Positions 1-12,949 of a DNA stretch of 64,000 nt are shown piece after piece; position 1 is the stretch's first letter; every line of letters starts with the position of its first letter. Under the pieces are notes generated by a model. That model had not been told where the DNA came from. It made no database searches and saw only the letters and a program-made list of their open reading frames with translations. Source of the DNA: Octopus sinensis (taxonomy: Eukaryota). The stretch covers positions 109,864,001 to 109,928,000 of the forward strand of contig NC_043001.1 in the NCBI RefSeq assembly GCF_006345805.1, in the 5' to 3' direction. The position numbers were made by a program, and so were the translations under genes.

Positions 1-230
1 ACCTTCCTATATTAAGTAATTTCGAAACGATAACAGCAAGAACCTTTACATTTCGTTCGTTTCAAACTTAGTCAGAAATACAAAGATATCGATGTATGTA
101 CGTAAAACCAAAAATTGCTTCTAGATCTAATCTAGTTGTTTGAGATTCCACAACGAAAACCACTACGATTAAAGAAAGATAATCATAAATACCATTCAGC
201 CTACATATTTACCCAGTGATATATCTATAT

Positions 231-520
231 GCGTGGTGGCGCAATGGCCCAGTGGTTAGGGCGGTGCACTCGCAGTTTCGATTCTCAGATCGGGCGTTGT
301 GTGTGTTTATTGAACGAAAACACTTAAAGCTCCACGAGTTCCGGCAGAGGATGTTGGCGACCCCTGTTGCACTCTTTCGCCCCAACTTTCTCTCACTCTT
401 TCTTCCTGTTTCTTGAGTATCGCTGCAATGGACTGGCGTCCCGTCCAGCTGGGGGGAACACATACACCACAGAAACTGGGCCCATGAGCCTGGCTAGGCT
501 TGAAAAGGGCGCATGAAAAA
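231..520 (+). mobile_element. tRNA-derived SINE, head type 1 + tail type A
   Basis: A-box-like TGGCCCAGTGG and degenerate B-box GTTTCGATTC. The head matches 17856 and 47096; the tail GCAATGGACTGGCGTCCCGTCCAGC...AAAAGGGCGCAT matches 21890-22150. Possible 9-bp TSD ATATCTATA (221-229, 521-529). Confidence 0.85.
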
Positions 521-569
521 ATATCTATACGTACATAAATTGTTTTAATTGTTTTAGACATTACTCTAC

Positions 570-930
570 GGTCATGCTGTTGCACCGCATTGAAAAGTTT
601 TTAGTCGATCGAATAAGCGACCCCAGTACATGTTTTGTTTGTTTTTAAGCGTTGTGCTTATCCTATCGGTTTATTTGGCTGAACAACCGCTATTTTACGG
701 GTACATCAATACACCAACACCAGTTATCGCTTGTGGGAGAAATACACACACACACACACGCACACACACATGCTACATATACATATGAGAAGGGCTTCTT
801 TCCGTTCCCGTCCACTAAGTCCACCCACAGGGCTTTGGTCGACCTGAGGGTATAATGTGAGACACGTTTCCAAGGTTCCACGTTATGGGGCTGTACCCGG
901 ACGCAAACTTCTTATAACACAGCCACATCG
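570..930 (-). mobile_element. Degraded SINE, family A (internal-microsatellite family)
   Basis: Reverse-complement similarity to the copies at 18810, 27339, 54298 and 62022, including the internal CA/TA tract. Confidence 0.7.
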
Positions 931-969
931 GCAGTTCTATCAGGTATAGAATACCAAAGAATATTGTTT

Positions 970-1362
970 TCTACTCTAGACGCAAGGCCCGAAATTTTGG
1001 GGAAGGGGCCTAGTCGATAACATCGACCCCAGTACGCAACTGGTACTTAATTTATCGACCCCGAAAAGATGAACGGCAAAGTCGACCTCGGCGGAATTTG
1101 AACTTAGAAAGTAGCAGCAGACGAAATACCTATTTCGTTACTGCCCACAAAGGGATAAACATAGAGAGGACAAACAAGGACAGACAAACGGAATAAGTCG
1201 ATTATATCGACCCCAGTGCGTAACTGGTACTTATTTAATTGACCCCGAAAGGATGAAAAGCAAAGTCGACCTCGGCGGAATTTGAACTCAGAGCGTAACG
1301 GCAGACGAAATACGGCTACGCATTTCACCCGGCGTGCTAACGTTTCTGCCAGCTCTCCGCTT
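970..1362 (-). mobile_element. SINE family B, two internal units
   Basis: Contains ATCGACCCCGAAAGGATGAAA..CAAAGTCGACCTCGGCGGAATTTGAAC twice and ends in the head GCTAACGTTTCTGCCAGC. Confidence 0.85.
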
Positions 1363-2128
1363 TCGATCAAATGATAAAGATATATTTTAGTGAAAATGTT
1401 GACAGATGTTCCTCGTCCCATATGTATATACACAATATTTGACTTTAAAATATAGGGGATAACATTACAACGTAACCTGCTTCGTTATTGAAAAAAAAAT
1501 TATTTTGAAGGCTGGTAAAATAAAGCAAGTATGCAGATAAATAATTCTATTTTTTTTATTCTTTACTTGAAATCGTCGAAAAACTCATTTACATGAAAAT
1601 ATGCTTTCTCTCGTTTACAAAGGAAAATTGCATTTTACATGTATGCAACATCACAGAATGCTAAGAGAAACAATCTGTTATAACATCTCTAGAATAAATA
1701 AACATAGTCTTCACAAAGGTTTCTGTTTAAAAGACAAAGCCTTGTGAAAATGCATGCTTTCGACATGTAAAACATAACCATCCAATATGACAAGGAAAAA
1801 AGAGAGCTTGCATATATTACACAGGCATCAAAATACAGCAGAAAGCACAAGTATTAATTATATAAAGATTTCCTTGCTTAAAAAATATAAGAGAACAACG
1901 TTCGGAGTGACAAAAATTGTTAAAACAGTATATTTGCAGATATATAAAAACATAAGTTGTATTGTTGTAAACAATGTTAATATTTTAATTATTATTAATA
2001 GATTGCAAGGATATTTGCAGAAACGTGACACGAATCAAAAGGACAAGAGATGCAGTAAAATTCGCCTTTAGAATAGATCAAAACACAACCAGACTCGTGC
2101 ACACTCATATTAACGCACACTAGTCCGC

Positions 2129-2165
<37 letters not shown>

Positions 2166-2272
2166 ATATTCACACACACATATATACGCGCACCAACGGA
2201 CACATGTTCATACAAACACACACATATATATTTAAACATATATATATAAGAGAACAAAGTGTACGTACGTCG

Positions 2273-2310
<38 letters not shown>
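2129..2310. repeat. (TA)n/(CA)n microsatellite cluster
   Basis: Direct reading. Confidence 0.9.
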
Positions 2311-2314
<4 letters not shown>

Positions 2315-3942
2315 CAAATTGGGACAAGAACGCAAAACATCAGGACAACTAGGTGATACAAAAAGGGACAACAAAACAACCAGATAGACGATATAAGAAA
2401 ACAAGGACGGGTCATTCGAAGTTTTCTATCTTCAGTCAAGAAACAGATTATCCTCGCAATTTCGGCTGATTATTCTTGAGATTGCTCCAATCTGGCCAGC
2501 TCCGAGGAAAAACTAAGCTAAGAGCATTAGATTCCTTGGAAGAAAGCAGTGAATGTACACAAAAACAAGCACGGAAAAAAACGGACAATGTTACGCAAAT
2601 TATATATATATATATGTACATAAAAACTATAATGAAAAATGCGGGTGCAGAATCATCAAATAGTCTTAATCGTAGCACATGGAAAAGTGCAGAACAAGCA
2701 GCAATTAAATCTGGAGAAGTATAGGACAAGAAAAAAAAACTTAAAATTTTTTTTAAATTCTAAAGTTTGAAATTTGTTTTAAGTTTAAAGTTTTTAAGTT
2801 ATAACTATTAAAAAACTTAAATATTAATAAATGCCCGTTTATACTTTTACTTCAAAATGAAATTAGAATACTCAAGAGGCTATTTATTTTCAATTTTAGT
2901 GAAAAGACTAATTGCTTGAAAGTTTACACATTAAAAATTTGATGTTACACATTTATATATTTAAAAAATCGCATAATAGCAATTTAAGGAAAATTGACAA
3001 TTATAACCCCAAAGTTTTTTCAAAAAAGCTATCGCCAATTTTACGTTTTGCACTCAATTTGTTCTAGCTTTCATAAAAAAAAATATTTTACTAAATGTAA
3101 AAAGAAAATACTTTGCTATCTGATAATGCAAACTTTAAAGAAATTAATTCTTTTGTTTCTTAAAAAAAACGTTTCATTTTAATATTATTTTTTTTGTTTT
3201 GAATTACATACGTTCTACATGAGTTTCATTTTGTAACTCAATATCTGTGATTTAAATTTTTTGGATAATGAGTTTTGTTCAGAAAATATAATTAAAATAT
3301 AATATAATGAATAAATGAGACAGAAATGTTAAAAAAATTAAATAAATATTAACTTCAATTTTCAAAAAATGCAATAAATGTAAACAAATATTAAAAAGAA
3401 AATAAAACTAAATAATTAATATTTAGCTTTTTTAATGAGTGAATATTTTCTATTTTTATCTTTTTAATATGTACATATTTTAATCCATAAACAGAATAAT
3501 AAAAATTAGTACGAAATCTCAAAAATCATAGCTATTTTTATGCCTAAAATTCTTAGGCGGGGCTTTATCTAAAAATTCGTCTCCGTGAAATCTTTCATCT
3601 GATTTCAAATATTATTATTGTCTGAAAGAGGAATAATTTGATTTCCTTAAATTATCAATATTTTTTTCACTTAAACAACAACATTTTTTGTTACTAATAT
3701 TTGTTTATAAGGTTTCTCACGCATGATTCGATTAATAGAGCTCTTTAATCTGATCACTCAAATGCATAATAACTGCGAAAATATCTCAGAAGAGGGTGTA
3801 AATACTCTTAGAAAATGGAGCAAAATATGGACATCAAACCGCTACTAAGGATAATTATATTTGGTTTATTATTCTTTACGCACGACAAATAAAAACGAAT
3901 TTGGTGAAGCTTTTTTACGGATCTATATCTATGCCCTTTAAT

Positions 3943-4244
3943 CACATGATCACGTGACCGACCAGACCATCAGATGTTACTACACATCGCTGGTCACAAT
4001 GCGTTCGCAATGTTTTAGCCTTCGAACGACGCCACCCCGCTGGCTAAGCAAGCAGGCCAACAGAAGAAAGAGAGAAAGAATGGTGAAAGAGTACAGCAGG
4101 GATCAACCCGCCCCTGCCGGAGCCTCGCGGAACTTTTAGATGTTTTTACTCAATAAACACACACAACGCTCGGTCTAGGAATCGGAACCGCGATCCTACG
4201 ACTGCGAGTCCTCTGCCCTAACCTCTGGGCCATTGCGCCTCCAC
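3943..4244 (-). mobile_element. tRNA-derived SINE, head type 1 + tail type C, with TSD
   Basis: The head is the reverse complement of the 17856 head. The tail is distinct (...CATTGTGACCAGCGATGTGTAGTAACATCTGATGGTCTGGTCGGTCACGTGAT on the minus strand). 12-bp TSD ATGCCCTTTAAT at 3931-3942 and 4245-4256. Confidence 0.9.
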
Positions 4245-4378
4245 ATGCCCTTTAATAAAGAACATAAATATAATAAAATAATTAATAATAAATGAATTTA
4301 CTAATAAAATATTAGACAATTTTTTACAATAATAGGAATAATAATCCTGTTACAGACAATCATAGGTAAATTTTGATC

Positions 4379-5648
4379 CTTTCACCTGTACGATTTTCAC
4401 TAAGAAAAAAAAGAAAAGAAAAATTGGATGTTTTGTATGAAATCAAGTATCCTGACCTCCTAATATGTTGCAAACCCCTTGTTTTTGTTCGAAAAAGGGA
4501 CGGGGAATCAAATCCCGGAATCATTGAAAGTGTTTTTTTTTTCTATGAATGAATTCCGGTGCCCTCCTAATATGCAGCAAAACCCTTATTTTTTTTCGGA
4601 AACAAAGGGGGTTGGAAAACCGCCCACCCCCATATCTCGGAATCATTAAGATCTTTTTGTTTTGTTGACTGAATTCCGGTGATCTCCTTATATGCTACAA
4701 AACCCTTTTTGGGGTCCGGAAAACAGGCTGGGGTGGGGTGGAACCTTCGGCAATTTCACCCCCATTTTGAAATATTTGCTATTTCTTTCTTTACACGTAA
4801 TTTTAGTCAATATTTTGCAGAAATACGTTTTCGATAGAGTGTAGGTTACATTAGATTGAAAATTCAAAGACGTTTGAAATGAATATGTGAAAATGCAGAG
4901 GTTATAGAAGTTAGAGTAGTACCGAAGTCAGAGGAGAGATAAAGAATAATAAATAATTAATCTTAAAAAAACACGTTAGTTTGTGTATGAAACAAGTAAG
5001 AGTATATTTAAGCAAAAATATCTTTTTTATACCTTTTAAAATCACTGGAAATAACAGATATAATAATCCCAAATATAGATTTCTCTCTTTACAATTTTTG
5101 GCGCCGAAATGTGTTTCACTTTTGTGTGGGGACAGAGAGAATCAGGAAGAGAGAAAGAGTGAGTGAGTGAGTAAGAGAAAAAGAGAATAAGAAAGAGTGA
5201 GTGGTGGCGAAGTTTACCTAAACATTGAATAAGTAACAATCTATCATAATTGTATATATCATGCTCTTCCTAACGCCTACAACTACGAGAGGGAAGTGAT
5301 TGCTTTTCAAGTGTGACTGGCACGGGGTCCTGTCAGATAGCACTGGAATCGATCACGCTCAATTGGTATTTTTACGTTCCGTCGTCATTGGCATCAGTCG
5401 CGCCAGTGCTGGTGGCATGTAAAACGTACCATTCGAACATGATAGATGCCAGTGCCATTTTGAGTGGCCCCCGTGCCAGTCACATTTGAAAAGCAACCAC
5501 TACACTCTCGGAGTGGTTGGCATTAGGAAGGTCATCCAGCTATAGAAACCTTGCCAGAACAGACTGCAGTTTCATTGCAGCCTCTTGGCTTGCCACTCCT
5601 CAGTCAAACCCTCCAACTCATGCCAGCATGTAAAGCTGACGTTAAACG

Positions 5649-5686
<38 letters not shown>

Positions 5687-6646
5687 AATGATGCTGATGA
5701 TAATTATGTATAATGATACATATAATTATGATAGACTGTTACCCATTCAATGTTTAGGTAAACTTTGTCACCTGCTCAATATCTCTTTCTCTCTCTCTCT
5801 CACTCTCTCTCACTCTCTCTCTCTCCTCACACAAAAATGAAACACATTTTGGCGCCAAAAATTGCAATGAGAAAAGTCTATATTCGGGATTATTATATCT
5901 ATTATATCCAGTGGTTTTAAAAGGTATGAAAAAGATTTTTGTTTTAATATACTTTTACTTATTTTTTACACATACACGAACTAACGTGTTTTTTTTAGAT
6001 TGATTATTTATCATTCTTTATCTCTCCACTGATTCTAACTTCTATATCCTCTGCATTTTCACTTATTCGTTTCAAACTTCTTTGAATTTTCAATCTAATG
6101 TAATCTACACTCTCCTAAAATATGTATTTCTGCAAAATGTTATCTAAAATTATGGGTAAAGAAAAAATGGCCAAAAATATTTGAAAATGGGGAGAGGGGC
6201 GAAATTGCGGAGAGTTCTAACCCACCCAGCTCATTTCCGGACCCCAGAAAGTGCTTTATAGTATATTAGAAGGTCAACAGAATACAGTCAACGAAATAAA
6301 AAAATTCCAATAATTCCGGGATTGGGGGTCCCGTTTTTTCCAAACAAAATAAAGGGTTTGCTGCATATAAATAGGTGAAATTTCCAAGTCTTCCACCTCA
6401 CCCAACCCCACCCCGTTTTCCGCATCTAAAAAAGGGTTTTGAAGCATATTAATAGGTCACCAGAATTCATTCAACGAGGAAAAAACCCCAGAAATTCCAA
6501 TGATCCCGAGATATTGGGAGTGGGGTCCAATCTCACCCTCTTTTCCGAACTAAAATAAGGAGTTTGCAGCATATTAGGAAGTCAGGGGACTTGATGGCAC
6601 GCAAAAATCTGAGGTTTTTCTTAGTGAAAATCGTGCGACCTGAAAG
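4379..6646. mobile_element. Old foldback-like element: inverted arms ~4379-5262 and ~5713-6646 with internal ~100-120 bp modules
   Basis: Arms are reverse complements along their length, e.g. TTTACCTAAACATTGAAT vs ATTCAATGTTTAGGTAAA, TTTTGGCGCC, and ACGATTTTCACTAAGAAAA vs TTTTCTTAGTGAAAATCGT. They are visibly diverged. A CCTCCTAATATGYWGCAAA-like module occurs 3 times on the left and about 4 times on the right. Confidence 0.8.
5285..5700 (+). mobile_element. Retroposed element (RTE-type 3' tail) ending in (GAT)n, in the foldback spacer
   Basis: Ends CATGCCAGCATGTAAAGCTGACGTTAAACGAGGATGATGATG. The same tail occurs inverted at 11912-11962. Confidence 0.7.
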
Positions 6647-7278
6647 AATAAAATAATTCCGAATCATCTTGCTAGAAATTATAATTGTAGATATAAGGAT
6701 AAACTTTATTTTAATGATTTTGTTTACAGAACAATATTGCATATAGATGTACGGTTGATTTCAAACGGAAAAATACTTTTACATAGGATCAACGGAAGCT
6801 TTTATTAAAAAACGAATCACAAATCATGAGTACACCTTTAGGAATAGAGAAAGGCTTAGCAATACTAGTGTGAATGAATTAATTTGGAAACTGAAGCATA
6901 TTAAGAAATTATACGACAGAAATTGGAACATGTTTAGTCATGCTAGATAGTAAAAAAATTAATGATGCTAGATGCAACCTTTTGTAGGTGAATTATATCA
7001 GATATTAACATCTACGACTAAATTATTTCATGAAAGATGTGCAAGTGTTCACATTATTCACATTATATGTTGTTTGTATCTATATTTGATGCTATATATA
7101 TATGTCGTTATGCATATGTATGTGTTTGTGTATGTAGGTTTGTTGGTTTGTATATCTATGTATATATATGGGTTGTATACTTCTATATATTTTTCTTGTA
7201 TGCATATATCTGTGTATCTGTATATGTACGTATATATGTGTATATATATTTATATATATGAATATGTGAATATATATC

Positions 7279-7313
<35 letters not shown>

Positions 7314-7629
7314 ATGTGTATGTCTGAGGATGTGTGTATGTATAGGTATATATTTATATGTATGTGTATATGTAAGTTTGTATATCCATGTGCATATATT
7401 GGTTCATCTTAATCTATATAATAATGTAGAATTTGGAAAATTCCTTTTTTCGTTAATTAAGAACATTTTGAATCTTTCTAGTGCTAATTCTTGTAGTTAC
7501 TGCAAAACATTATTATATTAGTAATTTCATATTAATTACATATTACAAATATGATGTTTTCATTATACAAAGTAATTATATCTATCTATACATTCATTTA
7601 ATTTATCAATTAATTGATGCAGCTGCTGA

Positions 7630-7653
7630 TAATAATACTTATATAATAATAAT

Positions 7654-7714
<61 letters not shown>

Positions 7715-7720
7715 TTAATA
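7630..7720. repeat. (AAT)n microsatellite
   Basis: Direct reading. Confidence 0.95.
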
Positions 7721-9149
7721 AATGAATGTTTATTACTTCACTTACTAACTAATTCTAAAAACCAAAATATTAATCATTATAGTATTTTATAGTATATAAA
7801 TTGTATTCTTATTACAACAATATAATTTTGTTACTTGTGAAAGAATTAATTAAATTTTGATATATACTATTTATAGTCATTTATCTAAAATATAATATTA
7901 ATTAAATTTATCGAGGGTCGGTACTCAATCCTTGCTTTTGTCTATCTTACTGTATTTTGTTTACTGAGTTCTTCTTTCCATGATATACGAATATAGGGAC
8001 ATTTACTTGTTACTTACTGCAAATAATCATTATATAAGTAGCTTCAAATATGGTTACTTCTGAAAAACTAGTAATATTTTGATATCCATTAGTATAGCTA
8101 AACCCAATATCTATGTCGAAATTTAAGTCGTAATTATTGTAGCTCTAAGTTTATTTTCACATTTATAACGGAATTTGTTAGACTTCTCTTCATATTTATT
8201 ACAGAATTATCCCTCCGATGAATTATAAAAAGAATATGTTTTTGTTAGTTACTTTAAGCAATTTTCTTATATCGTTAATTTTAAATATAAAAGAAGAGTT
8301 GTTATATATTACCAATAAAATAGTGGTATATTGTCATTTATATTTATTTACACATTTTATTACAATCTCTGGATTAATTAAGATCCGGATATTTAATTTA
8401 TATACCTATATATTGAAGTTGTGTTTTATTATAATAGCCAAGGACTGTCCTCGACCTAAACGAATTCGGGTAAATATTATTTGAGATATATCGAAATATA
8501 TTTCGATAGTTGTAGATTCTATTTACTTAATTATTTTGTCCGTTATAATTTTGTTGCTTTTTAATTCTAATTGTTATGTAGTTGAAAAAAACTAACGCTC
8601 ACGCTCATAATACATATATATGTGAGAGAGGTATTTATATCCAGAAGACCCATATTGAACTCCAATATTTCCATCTATTTAACCGTCTCACATAATCTCT
8701 GATGAAGGGATCTCCCTACTGTATAAATGGACGTGTCGTAAGAACTTTGCATCACAACCACAAGATTCCGGATTTATTCTTACTGATCCCATTCACGCCC
8801 ATCACGACATTCCTTTTTACTAAATACATGCTTCTATGGCATTAAGGTTACCGTGGTTTACAGGATTTCGTGCTCAGGGTCAGTATAAACCATGTCCACT
8901 AATTTCGGGATATGGTCTGTAATTTTGTCGTTACAGAAATTACGATGAGTATTAAAATTTTAAGCTTCACGGCATTTTCACTAACATCAAAGTGTAGCTG
9001 TCAATTTGAAATGCTATAATCATGGTACGTACATATGCGTGTGGATACAATTGTTTAGATTTAGGTGATTATAATCACTTATACAAGTGTATGCTGGATC
9101 TTTCAAAGTAAGCGTTTGTGTGAAATTTTGTTTGTTGTTGTATCACAAT

Positions 9150-9243
9150 GATTATCTATCTGTCTGTCTGTCTGTCTGTCTGTCTAAGTGTCTGTCTGTC
9201 TGCCTGCCTGCCTGTCTGTCTGTCTTTCTGTCTGCCTGCCTGC

Positions 9244-9307
<64 letters not shown>

Positions 9308-9310
9308 ATA
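9150..9310. repeat. (CTGT)n/(CTGC)n/(CTAT)n compound tetranucleotide repeat
   Basis: Direct reading. Confidence 0.95.
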
Positions 9311-10589
9311 TCCAGCTTTTGGGTTGGTGCATAATTATTGCGGCTTCTTTTTTTTTCAACAAATTTTATTTAAGAAAAACGAAACAATAACAATATTTAA
9401 CAAAAGCATATTTAAATAACGGTCTAACCGTCCGCCAAGGAAATACGAAGCAGGAATTGAAGTAGATGGTGAATATGCTCCGGAATAATCATTTAATGAT
9501 GTTTTGGTTACATGTTGTTATTGCTTTTGTTGAATAAAATTTGCTGACAAAAAAGCCGCAATAATTATGCACCAACATAATATATCAATATGTGTGTGTG
9601 TGAGTATTTCTGTGTGTGTGTGTGTGTTGTGTGTGTGTGTGTGTGTGTGTGGATGTGTAAATCAATATTTACCATCACCATCTATCTTATACCACCGCTG
9701 CCATTACTGACAAACGATCTCTCTAATGCGTAACAACTATAAAAGTAGCGATACTGCATACAAGATAATATGGTACCCTATTGTCTTTTAAAAGTTGAAT
9801 AAAATGTCTTTCATCTAAACTCAATGAAAATTAAGAAGAAAATAAAAAGCAACATATTAAAGAACAACACCATCATGACCACCAGCGTTATCAACAATAT
9901 CCACACCATCATGATCGCCATCATAACCAACGCCAAGACATTACCTCCCAAACCACCATCGCTGCCAACATGCCGACATTTGAATAACTAAATGGCTGTA
10001 ACAATAATAGAATCAGCATGATGCTTTTACTAATATTATTGCCATTTAACTATTGCTGCATGTCAACACAACGGTGTGTGGTTGTGCGTGTGTGGGTGTG
10101 TGTGAGAGCGAGAGAGAGAGCGTGCGAGAGAGAGAGAGAGGAGTATTTGTATGTGTAGCGTGTAAAACCTTTGTAGCTCAATTAAGTGTTTCAAGTAGTG
10201 GAGTTAATGGGTACTTCACTACCTAATAACCCTTCTACTAGCTGTAATCAAAGTGTACTCTCTGCTACGTCACTTTCGCCACCTCACCTTTATTAAGGAT
10301 AAAACGTTTGTCTCACACAAAACGCTTTTTTGATGGTGCTGTCTCGTCTCGAGCCCGTCTCGTTTTGTTATGGTTAGGTTCCATTCCCGGCAAGTTTCTT
10401 GATGGTGTTTCCTGGTTGGAAGCATTTGACCTCTCTGGCCGATACCTGAGGATGAATTGGTGACCTTCTGTGTTTTCCGTCAGCCTGTGCATTTAGTATA
10501 TGTTAGTTTGTTTATCTACTATACATTTAAAAAAATATTATTTATATAAACAGGTCGTATTTTGTCTGTTGTCTTTTATTTAAAAACTA

Positions 10590-10672
10590 TATGTGTATAC
10601 ATATATATATATATAATATATATTATATATATACATACATACATATATATATGTATATATATATTATATATA

Positions 10673-10712
<40 letters not shown>

Positions 10713-10725
10713 ATATATATATATA

Positions 10726-10785
<60 letters not shown>

Positions 10786-10979
10786 ATATATATATAATTA
10801 CTGCGTGGAAGGTGTTTGTAAGCCATTTAAGAAACACACAAAAGCCGTTAAATGTTGAAGTGAATCGAATGGCTTTTGTGTATTTCTTAAATGGCTTACA
10901 AACACCCTCCACGCAGCAATTGTTTTCGTTCCAGCCCACGATCTCAGATCAAATCACTTGCTATGCAAGTACATCTCCG

Positions 10980-11045
<66 letters not shown>

Positions 11046-11051
11046 TAATAT

Positions 11052-11087
<36 letters not shown>

Positions 11088-11110
11088 ATGTATACATATA
11101 TATCATATAT
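10590..11110. repeat. (TA)n/(TG)n tracts flanking the 10801-10978 element
   Basis: Direct reading. Confidence 0.9.
10801..10978. mobile_element. Inverted-repeat element, same family as 44806-45070 (probable Penelope-like pLTR fragment)
   Basis: 49-bp arms at 10801-10849 and 10868-10916 with 3 differences. It shares the unpaired 3' extension TTGTTTTCGTTCCAGC.CACGATCTCAGATCA..TCACTTGCTATGCAAGTACATCT with 45011-45068. Confidence 0.7.
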
Positions 11111-11111
11111 A

Positions 11112-11574
11112 AAATTAATTGTTATCGCCATATTAATATGGCATTCTTATAGATATAAGAATAATCGCTGCCGCTGGTCAGCTCCATGAGGCCACCGCCA
11201 TCAAGATAGCTATTGATACACGATCTGTATCCATTATAACCTTCGAACAAGGGAGGTCAGCCGCTTCACACTGCCAGTCCGACAGCTACAGACGCGTTTC
11301 GGGGTAAATAGAAACCTTCGAACAGAGACGTCAGTGGCGACACCTGCGGGTCTAACTGCGCTACATTGACAAGGGGCAATACCCCGAAACGCGTCTGTAG
11401 CTGTCGGACTGGCAGTGTGAAGCGGCTGACCTCCCTTGTTCGAAGGTTATAATGGATACAGATCGTGTATCAATAGCTATCTTGATGGCGGTGGCCTCAT
11501 GGAGCTGACCAGCGGCAGCGATTATTCTTATATCTATAAGAATGCCATATTAATATGGCGATAACAATTAATTT
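11112..11574. mobile_element. Perfect inverted repeat (195-bp arms, 73-bp spacer), probable Penelope-like inverted pLTR
   Basis: 11112-11306 is the exact reverse complement of 11380-11574, checked by eye along the full length. Contains a hammerhead motif. Confidence 0.85.
11360..11401 (+). ncRNA. Minimal type I hammerhead ribozyme, U3-A8 core variant
   Basis: GCTACA-TTGACAA-GGGG(CAATA)CCCC-GAAA-CGC-GTC-TGTAGC: 6-bp stem I, 4-bp stem II, palindromic ACGCGT stem III and a GUC triplet (cleavage predicted after 11395). Confidence 0.75.
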
Positions 11575-11911
11575 CCAGTAAACGCTGCCGTAATCTCTTT
11601 TATAGAGACTTAGTAATTTTAATATTTCTATTATATACAAAATTAGTATACATTTAAGTACAAAGGGGCAAGCCTTAACAGGTTGCTTAACATAATAGAA
11701 AGAATAGTCAAAAAGTCCAAGCCACAGTTAAGAGCAATATCGAAGGGAATGAAAAATAAAAACATTTACCATGTTTGACTTTTTATACATACAAGGCCAC
11801 TGGTAGAAAAAAAATTCTATAATCTTTCCTATCCTATATTAATGTTAAGAAAGGATTTTAGCAACTGGTAGAAAAAATAATATATATAATGTATATATAG
11901 TGCTAGATATT

Positions 11912-11962
11912 TCATCATCATCATTGTCATCATTGTTTAACGTCCGCCATTCATGTTGGCAT
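11912..11962 (-). mobile_element. 3' tail fragment of the RTE-type retroposon family seen at 5285
   Basis: CATCATCATCATT...TTGTTTAACGTCCGCCATTCATGTTGGC is the reverse-complement tail. Confidence 0.6.
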
Positions 11963-12747
11963 CACTACTACAGTTGGATTTACCTACAATCCACGACGTT
12001 TGCAAGACGATCACCAAGTGATACGTAAGTCAAGATTTTCAGAAACGCGTTACTTCCTTAAAGAAGGATATTCCCGCATATAGAATCAGCTCTATGCATA
12101 TTGAAACTCCGACCCCGCAGTATTTAAGCATAATACTCGTCATTTGACTGGAGGAATATATAGAACTACACGCATTCTGTGGTGAATCTATTACAGGCAT
12201 CTATTTCTTAATAATATTAGAAATTTAATAATTGTAAAGCAACAAATCACATTCAGATGATTGATAAAGGAATAAATTGTCAGCATTTGTAATTAGAAAA
12301 TGTTAATTGTGTTTCGTGTGTTTATTGGGAATTACGTACTGAGTTTTTGTCTTATTTCAGATTGATCGTGATATAGCAATAAGTCAATATAGTGTAAATA
12401 TCTCATATGCTTTCAGACAAATATTTAATGAAGATGTATAAATTTCTGGTCAATAACCTCTCTCACAAAAAAGAATTTCTGTCTTGTTTCGAAATGCATT
12501 ATTGAAATGGTGAGCCATCGGCGCAAGCAGGTTTGTCGAGTTATGAAGTTCGTATTACGACGCCATGTCTCAGATTTCGCTCTCACACTACGGTAGCTAC
12601 TGGGAACGGAGATTCATTGCATGACGTGTATTATGCTATTGGAATTTAATAAAAGGCGGAGAAACTGACTTTGTTCGAGCAGACACACACAAACACACAC
12701 ACTCATACGTATGAATCTATCTACCTATATAAACACATGCATAGACA

Positions 12748-12790
<43 letters not shown>

Positions 12791-12949
12791 TGCGTGTGTG
12801 TGTGTGTGTGTGCGTGTGTGTAGCTGGACCAAAATGGACACTCATATTAACAATGGTTCGGCGTTTCAGCATCAAACTTTACGTACCTATGTATCTTTAT
12901 AGCATTTAGCACTTCTTTTCACCCATGAAACATGTGATGTAGTGACATA

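Noticed and set aside
2405-2440. Minus-strand CTGAAGA...CGAA...GTC
   Set aside because: No stem I or stem II pairing.
8699-8717. CTGATGA followed by hairpin AGGGATCTCCCT
   Set aside because: No GAAA, stem III or stem I follows; at most a truncated remnant.
9059-9107. Possible plus-strand exon (TTTAG...GTAAGC)
   Set aside because: Short, the peptide is unrecognised and there are no partner exons; expected by chance.
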